A stretch of DNA of 64,000 nt from Halobacteriovoraceae bacterium. Its GTDB lineage: Bacteria; Bdellovibrionota; Bacteriovoracia; Bacteriovoracales; Bacteriovoracaceae. The notes beneath the pieces are model-generated. The model saw only the letters and a program-made list of their open reading frames with translations, did not search any database and had not been told where the DNA came from. The stretch covers positions 220,458-284,457 of the forward strand of contig CAVRCF010000004.1 of NCBI GenBank assembly GCA_963719505.1, written 5' to 3'. The translations under genes and the position numbers were made by a program. Position 1 is the first letter of the stretch. Each line of letters begins with the position of its first letter. Positions 50,406-60,282 of the stretch are shown in pieces.

Positions 50406-50957
50406 TTAGTACTGATAGTTAGTACAAAGTTGTGAGTTTCTATATCCAGGGATGTGGATTGGTGTGAAGATTACACCGAAGCCTGCTCCTGCGACATTTA
50501 GTACTGTTGGTCCTGATGTAATTTGTGAAACAGGACAGTTTTGACTTGTTTCTAGTATATATCTATTTATTTGCTGAGCTGACTGTGCAAACTGTCCAGC
50601 TCTTGGACATGCATAAACCTGAACAATATTTCCACTAGTCACTGCAATATCACCAAAAGATGATACTCCAAAGTGAACAGCTCCTGCATTTACTTGCTGA
50701 TTTAACTGCAACTGGACTATTTGTCTTTGTCCACCTTCAAGACATTGTCTCTCAGACCCAATAACTTGTAATGCTTGGTCAAGAGTAACTCCACCATTGG
50801 TTCCGTAAGCTCCGAAGCCTCCGACACCAATACCGTTGTTATTACCTGATTTTCCACTTGTGTTGTCTTGTCCACAAGAAACTGCGATCATTGCCACAGA
50901 TAAAATTAATAAAAGGTTTTTAAGGACCTTCGAACCTGCTCTTTGTGTTTTCATCAT
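50406..50957 (-). CDS. Hypothetical Gly/Gln/Asn-rich lipoprotein
   Basis: Lipobox AVSC; AGGAGA RBS; four further Cys. Confidence 0.8.
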   Translation of the reverse strand: MMKTQRAGSKVLKNLLLILSVAMIAVSCGQDNTSGKSGNNNGIGVGGFGAYGTNGGVTLDQALQVIGSERQCLEGGQRQIVQLQLNQQVNAGAVHFGVSSFGDIAVTSGNIVQVYACPRAGQFAQSAQQINRYILETSQNCPVSQITSGPTVLNVAGAGFGVIFTPIHIPGYRNSQLCTNYQY

Positions 50958-51000
50958 TCTCTCCTAATAAAAACTGTTATTATCTCTCTACCCTATATGA

Positions 51001-51016
51001 AGCAAAGGCCGTGCCA
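51001..51016 (-). promoter_or_regulatory. Sigma54 promoter
   Basis: TGGCACGGCCTTTGCT is a consensus match to TGGCACG-N4-TTGCW. Confidence 0.8.
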
Positions 51017-51119
51017 GTTTTATTTTTGAGATAACAGTGGTTTACACAGGTGAATTGACATTATAAACTGTATAAAAGATTACAAGTGTAAAAATAATAG
51101 ACAAAAAATAGGCGGTTGT

Positions 51120-51551
51120 ATGAAAAAAATAAACACAATGTTGGAGGAGTATTCTGAAAGTCATCAGAATAGAACTAATCAGATAGTCCACAAAATCTGT
51201 GTTCCTCTTATTATGCTAAGTCTCTTAGGCCTTCTATGGTGTATTCCAAGTAGGCAGTATAATATTGCGATTATTTTCTCTGGATTGGCCTTGGTTTATT
51301 ACGCTTTTTTAAGCTTAAAGTACTTCTTCTTAATGATTCCGCAGATAATAGCGATGATGGCCGCTCTTTGGTGGCTGGATAGGCTAGGGATCCTTTTAGA
51401 GTTCTCTATTATAACTTTTATCTTGAGCTGGGTGCTTCAAATTTGGGGGCATAAGGTTGAGGGGAAAAAACCAAGTTTTTTAAAGGATATTTTCTTTCTC
51501 TTAATAGGACCTCTTTGGGTGACGAAAGCACTTTTAAAAATAGAGGACTAG
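51120..51551 (+). CDS. DUF962/Mpo1-like membrane protein
   Basis: YSESHQN..N..VHKICVP, QIWGHKVEGKKPSF..D..FLLIGPLW. Confidence 0.92.
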   Translation: MKKINTMLEEYSESHQNRTNQIVHKICVPLIMLSLLGLLWCIPSRQYNIAIIFSGLALVYYAFLSLKYFFLMIPQIIAMMAALWWLDRLGILLEFSIITFILSWVLQIWGHKVEGKKPSFLKDIFFLLIGPLWVTKALLKIED

Positions 51552-53812
51552 AAGTTTCCTTCGAAGACCCTGTTTGGTGCTCCTTTGATAGGCTGAAATT
51601 GCTTTCTTTGCCTAAGAGCAGGGTTTCTATTATTCTGCACCGGTGGCGCCGTTGATTCAGCTATCGTTGGCACTTGCAAAATATTTGAGTCTTGAACCTC
51701 TTTTGAATCATTCTTCGTTGCTTTAACATAGACATCGTATTTCTCTTTTTGTTTTGGAAGTACAATAGAGTCACCCTCTCCCTCGCTAACTTCTTTATCT
51801 GAAGCTATAGTGTCAGCTATATCTTTCATGCCAGCGTCCTTGCCAATTTTTTCCTTATCATCATCGACAAGTTGAGCTGTTTTTCCCACTGAGAACCAAG
51901 AAAAACTAAAATCTGCCATGTTTTTAATTTCAACACCATCTTTGTCTGTCAACTTTTCAATCGAGAAGGTGGCAGTTTTATCTTTTTCTTCTTTAAGTTT
52001 AATAGCAACCTTAAAACCTAGTTTATCGTTCTCACGCTCAATCTCGATTTTAGAGTGGGGAATTACTTTTTTACAACTTTCTCCGTACATCACTAAGTCT
52101 ATATCAACGGGAGAAATTGGTTGGTTTTTATCATTTTTAGAAATCTTTAACAAAGAGACTCCGTGGTCTAGAGTTACCTCTTTGCCTTGATCTTTATCAA
52201 TATAATACTTGTAACTTTCATCTTCTGTTTCAACTTTTTGGAAGCCTTTCAAATCTGAAGAATTAACATGATTTATCTCAAATCTTTTTCCTGTGTACTC
52301 AGGTCTTACAGTGACATCGACGATGAAACCGATTTTTCCCTCCGGTATACCTTCCTTAACCTCACTTATGGTGCAACTAATTGGACGTTGAGTTCTTGAA
52401 CCAGGAACTGTAGCCCTGCACAAAATACCATCTCCATCGTGCTTTCCTCTAATAATAAATGTTTTATCTTCCTTAGGTTCTGGAAAAGTATATAAAGTAG
52501 AGCTTTCTGATTTTTCAATACCATACCTTTTTAAATCTTCCGGATCAAAAGAAAATTTATTATTCAGCTTTCCAAGAGTTATCTCTTGTCCTTTAATCTG
52601 GAACCTCATTTCACCCTTTCCATCCTTATATTCTTGAGCAATAACTATTTCACATACTTTTTCTATGGGTTCTTCTTCAGGATCGTCCCAAAGTGCTTTG
52701 CACTGGTTTACGTTGTTCCGATACTGATTCTCCCTGTATATCTTCCAATTTTGTTGTCTTGCATAAACATCGTTACCTTTTCTCACAGACTTTCTAAACT
52801 CAGCTTCTGTAATTTTATTTGTTCTTAGTTTTTCAAAGTACAATGCATTGGTATCGTCTTTAGGCTCAAGAATCTCTTCAAGATTCTTGTCGGTTTTGAC
52901 TAACCATTTAAAGAGATTTTTAAATTCAGTATTACTGGGTTCTACTTCTCGTATTTTCTCACAAGCATACTTTTGACTGAACTCACTCATAATGAGTTGG
53001 CTCTGCTTCATCCAAGAGTAGCATGTCCTTTGTTCAAACATCCTATCAGAATATGTCTTTTCAATAAAATTACTTTGGCCTTTGCAGGCGCAAATATCGT
53101 AAAATACCTTAAAGATATCAACCAATGGAGAAATGTCTCCCTTTTGGGTTTGTTCCTCAATAATGTTTAAGTAGTTCTGCGCCTGTTCAGACTCTGTTAA
53201 TTTGGCCACTTGCCTTGAGCAATCCATTGATGCATTGTATGGACTCGTTTGCTTTTGACCACAAAAAGGCTCTTTTTTTCCATTTGTAATGCTTTTGTAT
53301 CCATATAAATGCGGTGCACACACTAGGCTCTTACCGACACATTTGGTTGTAAAAGAGCCCTCTTGATGAGCTTTTACAGTTTTCATTAGCAATGTTTTTA
53401 CTCTGGGATCTATATTCGTTTTATTTTCAAGAGACTTATTTAGATTCTTTGGGTTCGTGCAAACTGTTTTGTTACCAACCTTACCGCTAATAATGCTAAT
53501 CCACCCACCGTATATACATAATTCAGCATCCCTAATATGTTTATCTGTAATTTGCGCATGGGCTGAATTAACCATTAGATCCATTATAGTTTTGATGTTT
53601 TTGTAGTAACTGTTGTATGTTGAAGACTCGGGGGATTCTTTTAATCGTTCTTCAATCTCTGAAGCGAGTTCTCTTGCACTATCTATTAATCTTATTTGCT
53701 CTTTTTTATCCATATGAGCAAAAGAATTGGCATCAACGAAAGTTGATGCTTTTATAGGCGTAAAAGCGACCATAATTGAGAATAGAAAGATGCCTCTTTT
53801 TAAATAATTCAT
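51548..53812 (-). CDS. Large Cys-rich secreted hypothetical protein
   Basis: Signal peptide; CIYGGWIS and CAPHLYG Cys motifs; beta-rich C-terminal half; low-complexity tail. Confidence 0.75.
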   Translation of the reverse strand: MNYLKRGIFLFSIMVAFTPIKASTFVDANSFAHMDKKEQIRLIDSARELASEIEERLKESPESSTYNSYYKNIKTIMDLMVNSAHAQITDKHIRDAELCIYGGWISIISGKVGNKTVCTNPKNLNKSLENKTNIDPRVKTLLMKTVKAHQEGSFTTKCVGKSLVCAPHLYGYKSITNGKKEPFCGQKQTSPYNASMDCSRQVAKLTESEQAQNYLNIIEEQTQKGDISPLVDIFKVFYDICACKGQSNFIEKTYSDRMFEQRTCYSWMKQSQLIMSEFSQKYACEKIREVEPSNTEFKNLFKWLVKTDKNLEEILEPKDDTNALYFEKLRTNKITEAEFRKSVRKGNDVYARQQNWKIYRENQYRNNVNQCKALWDDPEEEPIEKVCEIVIAQEYKDGKGEMRFQIKGQEITLGKLNNKFSFDPEDLKRYGIEKSESSTLYTFPEPKEDKTFIIRGKHDGDGILCRATVPGSRTQRPISCTISEVKEGIPEGKIGFIVDVTVRPEYTGKRFEINHVNSSDLKGFQKVETEDESYKYYIDKDQGKEVTLDHGVSLLKISKNDKNQPISPVDIDLVMYGESCKKVIPHSKIEIERENDKLGFKVAIKLKEEKDKTATFSIEKLTDKDGVEIKNMADFSFSWFSVGKTAQLVDDDKEKIGKDAGMKDIADTIASDKEVSEGEGDSIVLPKQKEKYDVYVKATKNDSKEVQDSNILQVPTIAESTAPPVQNNRNPALRQRKQFQPIKGAPNRVFEGNF

Positions 53813-53819
53813 CACTTCC

Positions 53820-53846
53820 TTATCGTCATGTGTATCTATAACTTTA
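53820..53846 (-). promoter_or_regulatory. Sigma28 (FliA)-like promoter
   Basis: TAAA-N15-GACGATAA, ending 7 nt before the ATG at 53812. Confidence 0.6.
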
Positions 53847-53993
53847 ATATATTGTGTATTTGAGTGAAATCATTTCTTCAATACAAATGTGATTTTCAAT
53901 AGATAGACAGTTCTTAACTTTCTTTATAGCCAAAAATAAGTGCCAGCTTTGCCCATTTCTTACGCTAAAAATTTGTTTGAGACTCAATTACCT

Positions 53994-54020
53994 TAAACTT
54001 TTTCATTCTCTATCCGATAA
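53994..54020 (+). promoter_or_regulatory. Sigma28 (FliA)-like promoter
   Basis: TAAA-N15-TCCGATAA, ending 7 nt before the in-frame GTG at 54028. Confidence 0.65.
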
Positions 54021-54027
54021 TAAAGCT

Positions 54028-55713
54028 GTGAAAAATTTATTTTTATTTTTTATCTTTTTTCATTTTTATTCTCATGCTGATGCGTGCGAGGACGTCAACC
54101 TTCTCAAGAGAAACTCTAGTGGAAAGCCTATAATTCCCACTTATCACGGAATGATTGAGAGCTCTCAAAATCAAACAGCTACGTGTGGCGTTCACTCCGG
54201 TATGAAACTTGTTAATAGTGCCTTAATTATTGATTCTGTAATTAATTCTGAAAAAGGAGATACTGATAGTTTAATGAAGAAAATAATGAACGAAAATTCC
54301 AAGCCCGTATCAACGATAAGCTATATCTATAACTTGGGCAAAGGAAAATGGGGAGAGTATGGCGATGAAGAAAAAGGTATTTCCTCTGCTTGTGCGGTTT
54401 TTGCATCACCGCAAAAAAGTTTGGATGAATATACGGACGATCTTTTTAAATTCAAATATTGCCGAGATTCTTTATCATCTGCATTTAACTATTTAAACCC
54501 TGAAGAATTCAGCTACGTTGGGGAAGAGTTTGGAATGTGTTCGATAGACATATTTGCAGATAATTATTCTCCCCTAGCTTTTGCAGAACTTGAAGCAACA
54601 ATTGAGGGTCTCGACTCAAAGGCAAAATTATCAATCGTCAAACCAAGATTTGATAAAATAGCCAAAGGTGCATTGAAGGCAATCTTTTCATCTGGGTCAG
54701 GCAATAAGATTTTTGATCATAAAAAGGAAATAATAAAAGATAAAATTTTATCAGAACCAAATCTTTATTTTCCAAAACTTTATGAATACTTAACTAATAC
54801 GATAGTAGAGTCTACTTCTGATGATGGACTGAAAAAGATGTTAAGAAGTAAAGTCTTTTTAACTCAGTCAAGAGAACTTTTTTTTGAAGATTTTTTTAAA
54901 ATTACTTGCCCAGAAGAAAATTTAGTTCGGTCGTCATTATCGAGAGACTCTGTTGATGTGATCGATACACAAAAAAATTATAGTGAAGCCAGTAGAGGGA
55001 TGACAACTATAAAAAATCATTTTTCAAAAAAGAAGTATCCCATGCCAATTAGAATCGGGATTATCCCTGAAAAACTATTCGGAGTTACACAAAAAGGAGG
55101 GCATGCAATTAACATTATCGGGACAAAAATGAATAAAACTAATCGCCAGTGTCAGGTATTGCTCGATAATTCCTGGGGGAATGAGTGGGCGAACAGTTTT
55201 TTAAAAAATTGTGCGAGCTGTGAGTCGATAGAAGGTGGTAAGTATATGTATATTGACATGGCAGAGCTTTGTTATGGGCAGAAGGATAAGAAAACTGGTG
55301 GATGTGGGGCTCTAACGGGTGTATCTATAGTTGATCATGAAAAAGAAGAAAAGATTGCGAGCTCCAACGGTTTTCAGCCCAAAGATACTACTTTAACTCT
55401 AGGATTAACTGATTACGATAAAAGAGAGAGTTTGTTTGAACTGGGATTTTCTGAATCAAAGCTTGAGGAAGGTCTCTTTTACGTAGACTTGAGTAAAATG
55501 ACTGACCTGGCTTCTCAGTCAAAGTCTAAAGAGGTGGTAGTAAAAGCTAGCGAATTAAGTGCTCTGCAAGTAACAGAATTGTTTAGTTTAGGTTTTGAAA
55601 TCAATAAAGACGGTACTGAATACTCACTTAAATTTAAAAACTATATTAAAAAAAATGATAAAAATCCAAATTTTCAAAAATTAAGCGATACTTTTTATGG
55701 TCTCATAGATTAG
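54028..55713 (+). CDS. Secreted papain-like (C1) cysteine peptidase
   Basis: Signal peptide from GTG 54028; oxyanion Q and catalytic C in SQNQTATC; GGHAINIIG (His); DNSWG (Asn). Confidence 0.8.
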   Translation: MKNLFLFFIFFHFYSHADACEDVNLLKRNSSGKPIIPTYHGMIESSQNQTATCGVHSGMKLVNSALIIDSVINSEKGDTDSLMKKIMNENSKPVSTISYIYNLGKGKWGEYGDEEKGISSACAVFASPQKSLDEYTDDLFKFKYCRDSLSSAFNYLNPEEFSYVGEEFGMCSIDIFADNYSPLAFAELEATIEGLDSKAKLSIVKPRFDKIAKGALKAIFSSGSGNKIFDHKKEIIKDKILSEPNLYFPKLYEYLTNTIVESTSDDGLKKMLRSKVFLTQSRELFFEDFFKITCPEENLVRSSLSRDSVDVIDTQKNYSEASRGMTTIKNHFSKKKYPMPIRIGIIPEKLFGVTQKGGHAINIIGTKMNKTNRQCQVLLDNSWGNEWANSFLKNCASCESIEGGKYMYIDMAELCYGQKDKKTGGCGALTGVSIVDHEKEEKIASSNGFQPKDTTLTLGLTDYDKRESLFELGFSESKLEEGLFYVDLSKMTDLASQSKSKEVVVKASELSALQVTELFSLGFEINKDGTEYSLKFKNYIKKNDKNPNFQKLSDTFYGLID

Positions 55714-55849
55714 GTAGAAAAAAAGGAACTTATTTTGTACTCAGGTTTTCATGATACATTCTTTCTATAGATATTGGGAAGTAAATCACTGCTTCTAGAA
55801 TTTTAGAGCTACACCTTAGTGACTATGCAATAATTATTTTTCGAGATTT

Positions 55850-56392
55850 TTAATGTCCAGACCATTCCATGTAGTCTGAATGTTGTAGTTCCTTAAATAA
55901 TTGGTCTGTCGTACTATAACCCGACCATGATACATCATTGTCATGGCAATTATTCTTCTCAGCTTCTTCAAAGTCCTTATAATTACCTGCACCTTCAATA
56001 TATTCATCACTATCGTCTATGTGACTGCAGCCGGATTGAAAATACTGGATTTGAGATCCCAAGAAGTGGTTATCCTCTGAAAAATATAGATCGGCAGATA
56101 CTTGTAAGTTTCCTACCGTCGCGTACATATCGTCATAAACTTCAGTATTTAGATTTGTTTCAAAATATGTAAGATTCTTGTAAATATCTCCAATCTTCGT
56201 TTTTGCAATCTCGAGTCTCGCAGAGTTTAGCCTAGAGTGCGTAATGGTCCCACTTTGTAACAGGATATCAATGTCGCTTAAATTGTCAGACATGTAATTT
56301 ATTTTTTGCTCTGCTGAATAACTTTTCCATCCTTCAAGTGTAACGGCAAAAGATTTGAACGCCATTATTGATAAAAGCAAACATTTTTTCAT
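55850..56392 (-). CDS. Hypothetical acidic secreted protein
   Basis: Signal peptide (…KSFA); ends HSDYMEWSGH. Confidence 0.75.
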   Translation of the reverse strand: MKKCLLLSIMAFKSFAVTLEGWKSYSAEQKINYMSDNLSDIDILLQSGTITHSRLNSARLEIAKTKIGDIYKNLTYFETNLNTEVYDDMYATVGNLQVSADLYFSEDNHFLGSQIQYFQSGCSHIDDSDEYIEGAGNYKDFEEAEKNNCHDNDVSWSGYSTTDQLFKELQHSDYMEWSGH

Positions 56393-56409
56393 GTGACCTC
56401 AATTCAATG

Positions 56410-56449
56410 TAGTGGTTTTTTAGAACCGTTTATCTTATTAATTCTTTGT
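56410..56449 (-). repeat. Copy C of the conserved leader motif
   Basis: Minus strand ACAAAGAATTAATAAGATAAACGGTTCTAAAAAACCACTA, upstream of the ATG at 56392. Confidence 0.7.
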
Positions 56450-56538
56450 TTTTTTCGTCTGCTCAGTAGGCCTAGTTTCTTGCACAATATCTCATTCTGT
56501 TTTTCTTTGCTCGCTACTGTAACTTTAGCGTATATTTG

Positions 56539-57108
56539 TTATTTGCTGCTATCCAGCCCAGGAACAAAATAGTAACACCGCAAATCTTCAAAATGGTCTT
56601 CATTTGAGTGTGTGATTTTCTCTATCAGGTACCTTCCTGAGGCTTTAAGGATCGATTTCTTACTCTCATTAATAGCGATTTCTATTGAATCTTTCTTGAT
56701 TTTTACATTTGTTGCCCTTAGATTTGGAAGGACTTGGAAAATTTTTTCAGCATTCATTGTATCAAAATAATTGGGTGCCACTGATGGGCGCCAATAGGAA
56801 AAAGCCTCGTAAGCTTCGGTGGTCAAAGATACTAAAGCGGCCTCATTCCTAAGTGGTCTAAAAAGATAGCCAGCATTTATTGGTCCACTTGAGTCATGTT
56901 TTAAAAAACATCTTCCAGACAAAGCGATATTAGATATTTTTTTTAAATTCGGCCGCACACCTGTTTTAAAAAGATCACCCAAATGTTCATATTCGTGTTG
57001 CCCACTACTTATGTTAAAGTTAATGTGTCTTGTCCCATCGTTATCTAAGGCTGATGCCTGAGTTAACATTGAGCTTGTCATCAGAATGCCGATAAGTTTT
57101 TTTTTCAT
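56539..57108 (-). CDS. Hypothetical secreted protein
   Basis: Signal peptide (…QASA); LSGRCF and C-terminal CYYF Cys pair. Confidence 0.75.
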   Translation of the reverse strand: MKKKLIGILMTSSMLTQASALDNDGTRHINFNISSGQHEYEHLGDLFKTGVRPNLKKISNIALSGRCFLKHDSSGPINAGYLFRPLRNEAALVSLTTEAYEAFSYWRPSVAPNYFDTMNAEKIFQVLPNLRATNVKIKKDSIEIAINESKKSILKASGRYLIEKITHSNEDHFEDLRCYYFVPGLDSSK

Positions 57109-57815
57109 ATTTTTATCCCGTGTTCCTTCTAATTTTTAACCCTTGCTGGTAGATTTACTTTTATTGACTAATGACAAACAGAGAAAACCTTCAATTTTTG
57201 CGTCCCAGATTTTGTCTCCTTGGTCATAATTTTTCTTCTGCTATAAACTCTATAGAGCCGAGTCAGACCCAGTATATTAAATTCGAAATATCTAAAGCTA
57301 TGCCTTTTATGTTCATTAGTTTTTTCAAAGCATTTTGCATCACTCATATGATATACCTAAACGATGTTCTGTTTTTGAAGGACCTTGCTGACTTATTGCT
57401 GATAAACACCTTTGCTTTTGAATATAAAAAGAACAATCTTTTTCCGTAGCAAAGCTTGATGGGCTTGGTAAAAAAAGCAACACGTCATATATTTTCGTCA
57501 TTTTAACAACACCATATATTTCGATTGCAACTTTAACTATTCTTGCCATTATCGTTATTTTTTTAGTATTACTAAAGTATCAAGGTTTTGAACTTATTTA
57601 AAGATAGAGTGAAAAAATTACGCGCTATATAGACAATTGATTCATAACTACTTAATAATATTAAGCAGCGTGATTGTATTAATGTGCTAAGGTATGGAAT
57701 TGCTTCTTATTTTAAAATTTGATCTTTTATATGTCTCTAAAGGCTGAGGTTTAGTTTCCGGCAAGTTGATGTAAGAAACAGCAGTAAAACCCAAGACTCT
57801 ATTCCTTTCGTCGAT

Positions 57816-58640
57816 TTATTTTAAAGGGATTTTTTTTGCTCTCTCTCGAATATAGCTTTTACAAAGGTTATTGTGCAGAGGCAATCGATGATATTTCAAA
57901 AATAAAGGAAGCTTGCTTTTATTCTTTTTAGTTCTCAATAATTGAACATCAAGTATTTTGACCATCGTTTTAAGTGATGTAATCCTATCGAACTTTCTGC
58001 GTATTCTTAAATCATTACTCGGGTTCGCTCTAGATCTTTTCATATGTTTGTAAAAAGACCTCCAAGGATTAACCAAATGATCAAGAGTTTCACTTTCAAT
58101 TCTTTTTAAAACTTCAGTCAGTTTATACTTTCGTATTTCGTGTACCCAGCATAACTGATGATTTTTTATTAAACTTGTGAAGTTTGTTCCATCATCGTAC
58201 ACAAAAAACCTTAGAGGAGGTCCAATAGACTTCTTCACACTCAGTGCAAAAGCTGTTCCTAAAATATCCCGTTGTTTTTTTGTAACACCATGAAAGACAG
58301 GATCTTCAAATACCTTTTTTAGCTCCTCTTTAGTATAAACTCTATTGCTCTTTTTTTTAATAAAAAACTGTCACTTTAGATCGTTTGAGCTTTGTTGCCG
58401 CAAACCTCATAGCCTTATCATCGATAAAAAAACCTGCTCTCCAACATATAAAGCTCCAAGAAAAGACCACCTATTTTTTAGTCAAATCTAGAAGTTGTAA
58501 CGAATTTATGACTAACACCAAGGGTGTAAGCCTTAATTCTTGCTCCGGTATCGTCCAAATGAACAATTTTTTCTCTCTTGATTCATGCCTTTCGAGCCGA
58601 ATATAAATCTCCTGAGAATTCAAAAATTAGATTGTTAAAA
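57816..58640 (-). pseudogene. Degraded IS66-like transposase remnant
   Basis: VHLDDTGAR near 58550, then HQLCWVHEIRKYK and LPLHNNLC, with internal stops and frameshifts; paralogous to 62063-62735. Confidence 0.8.
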
Positions 58641-59291
58641 ATATTACTTATCAAACCTGCACTATTTATAAATCAAAAATCCAGCATTAATATATGTGGT
58701 ATTCGATTGTACATCCAACATTTTACATCTAATTGTGAGGCTCAATAAAAAATAAGATTGAAACGGTCCTCAAAAAACTAGATTTTTGAGTAGAAAGAAA
58801 AAGTAAAAAACATGATACAAGCGCCTTTTAAAAAACGATTTGGTTTTATGTAGAAGACTTTGGGGGGAAGAGGCGTAAAAGTGTCATTAATTGGGTTGTT
58901 AAGCCAAAGAATAAACATGCTTCATAAAAATATGGCGAAATTTAAACTCGGTCATGCGACTTTTTTTGAAAACAGCGAAACTTTTGAAGAATTTCAATTA
59001 AGTTCCAATATTGATTGCAAGTCAATGAAAGCTGAAACTCTACTTTTCAACGAAAACTGATAATGAGTTCTCAAAAAAAACAGCTTAATCCTCTGTGTGC
59101 CAGAGAAAGATTATTCTTTTAAAAATGAAAATTCTCTATGCCCATAACTCATCGGTATCATGCTAAAACACTCAGATCTAATAAATCGACCTCTTACTCG
59201 CCAATACTTATAAACGTAAAAAAAACTGACAGATGTAAAAAAAATTGACGAATATTTTTTAGTGTCACTAAATATAATCTGGTTTTTTGAG

Positions 59292-59307
59292 TGGCATCAT
59301 TCTTGCT
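59292..59307 (+). promoter_or_regulatory. Sigma54 promoter candidate
   Basis: TGGCATCATTCTTGCT = GG-N10-GC with TTGC, upstream of the ATG at 59342. Confidence 0.7.
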
Positions 59308-59341
59308 TTTAGTAATACAAATAAATAGAAGGAGAACAACG

Positions 59342-59614
59342 ATGAAAAACTTAGTCTTAGGCGTTTTAGTACTTTCAAGCACAATATCACAGGCAACAAT
59401 AATAACAACAAGCAACTCCACTGACAGTGTGAAACTTGTAGCAAGCTCACAGAGTTTTGAAGGAAGAGATAGCTGCAACGATATGCTTGATAGAATCTCA
59501 AGGGAGCTTGAAGAAAAAGGGAAGGTCATTTTAAATAAAGACAGTATCTGTTCAAAGGATTTTGAAGATGTACGTGGTGGGTTTATTGGGACAATAACAA
59601 TTTTAAAACACTAG
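59342..59614 (+). CDS. Small secreted hypothetical protein
   Basis: AAGGAG RBS; MKNLVLGVLVLSSTISQA signal; two Cys. Confidence 0.8.
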   Translation: MKNLVLGVLVLSSTISQATIITTSNSTDSVKLVASSQSFEGRDSCNDMLDRISRELEEKGKVILNKDSICSKDFEDVRGGFIGTITILKH

Positions 59615-59622
59615 AAAAATAA

Positions 59623-59653
59623 TTATGCCTTAGTCAAAAAAGCTAGGGCATAA
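59623..59653. terminator. Stem-loop after the 59342 gene
   Basis: TTATGCCTTAG...CTAGGGCATAA; the U-tract is on the minus strand only. Confidence 0.55.
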
Positions 59654-59704
59654 AAAATAAGATTGGAATATTGTTCAGAAAACTATGTTTGATGAGTGAG
59701 AAAT

Positions 59705-59749
59705 ATAAAGACAAACAATTTTAATATAAACGGTTTTAAAGAACCATTA
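59705..59749 (+). repeat. Copy A of the conserved leader motif
   Basis: ATAAAGACAAACAATTTTAATATAAACGGTTTTAAAGAACCATTA. Confidence 0.85.
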
Positions 59750-59782
59750 CTTAAGTAAGTAACTTACCCCAAGGAGAATAGA

Positions 59783-60127
59783 ATGAAAAAATTATTAGTA
59801 GGATTGTTAGTATTAGGAAGTGTTTCTTCATATGCAAAAATTGGTTGTGATGTAGAGTACTTTACAAATAGTATGTCTGGAACTTATAGCTTTTCGGTTA
59901 ATGCAACTGAGTCTTGGGTATCCGGAGGCGGTATAGTCGCAATTAAAAGATCTGTTTTGGGACTAGGCAAAGTTAAGGTATATGCCCAAGATAGAGATAA
60001 ATATGGTCAGTATAGCGATAAATATTTGGAAGGTAAGTTTAAAGTTCAGGATTTACTCGATGGAAAAGTTGCTAAAATAGAAACTGGAGATCTTTTTATT
60101 GAAGTTAAAAACTGTGTAGAACTCTAG
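59783..60127 (+). CDS. Small secreted hypothetical protein
   Basis: AAGGAG RBS; MKKLLVGLLVLGSVSSYA signal; Cys at both ends of the mature part. Confidence 0.82.
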   Translation: MKKLLVGLLVLGSVSSYAKIGCDVEYFTNSMSGTYSFSVNATESWVSGGGIVAIKRSVLGLGKVKVYAQDRDKYGQYSDKYLEGKFKVQDLLDGKVAKIETGDLFIEVKNCVEL

Positions 60128-60215
60128 GTTGAGAGAAAGTCCTTGCTCGAAAGAGCTGGGACTAAAAAAGAAAAGTAAATATTGATCGATAAAGATAACT
60201 TTTTCGACCATGAAC

Positions 60216-60259
60216 ATAAAGACAAAGATTAAAATATAAACGGTTTTAGAGAACCATTA
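60216..60259 (+). repeat. Copy B of the conserved leader motif
   Basis: ATAAAGACAAAGATTAAAATATAAACGGTTTTAGAGAACCATTA. Confidence 0.85.
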
Positions 60260-60282
60260 GTAAAACTTAGAAGGAAACTATC

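Noticed and set aside
57688-57705. Sigma54-like GGTATGGAATTGC
   Set aside because: Spacing is GG-N9-GC rather than N10.
58751-58780. AATAAGATTGAAACGGTCCTCAAAAAACTA as a fourth copy of the leader motif
   Set aside because: Needs indels, loses the GGTT/AACC dyad, and no credible gene follows.
58860-59060. 66-aa ORF
   Set aside because: No RBS, signal peptide or motif; it lies in decayed AT-rich sequence.
56410-60259. CRISPR interpretation of the repeated leader motif
   Set aside because: Only three copies, separated by whole genes and in both orientations, with no cas genes.
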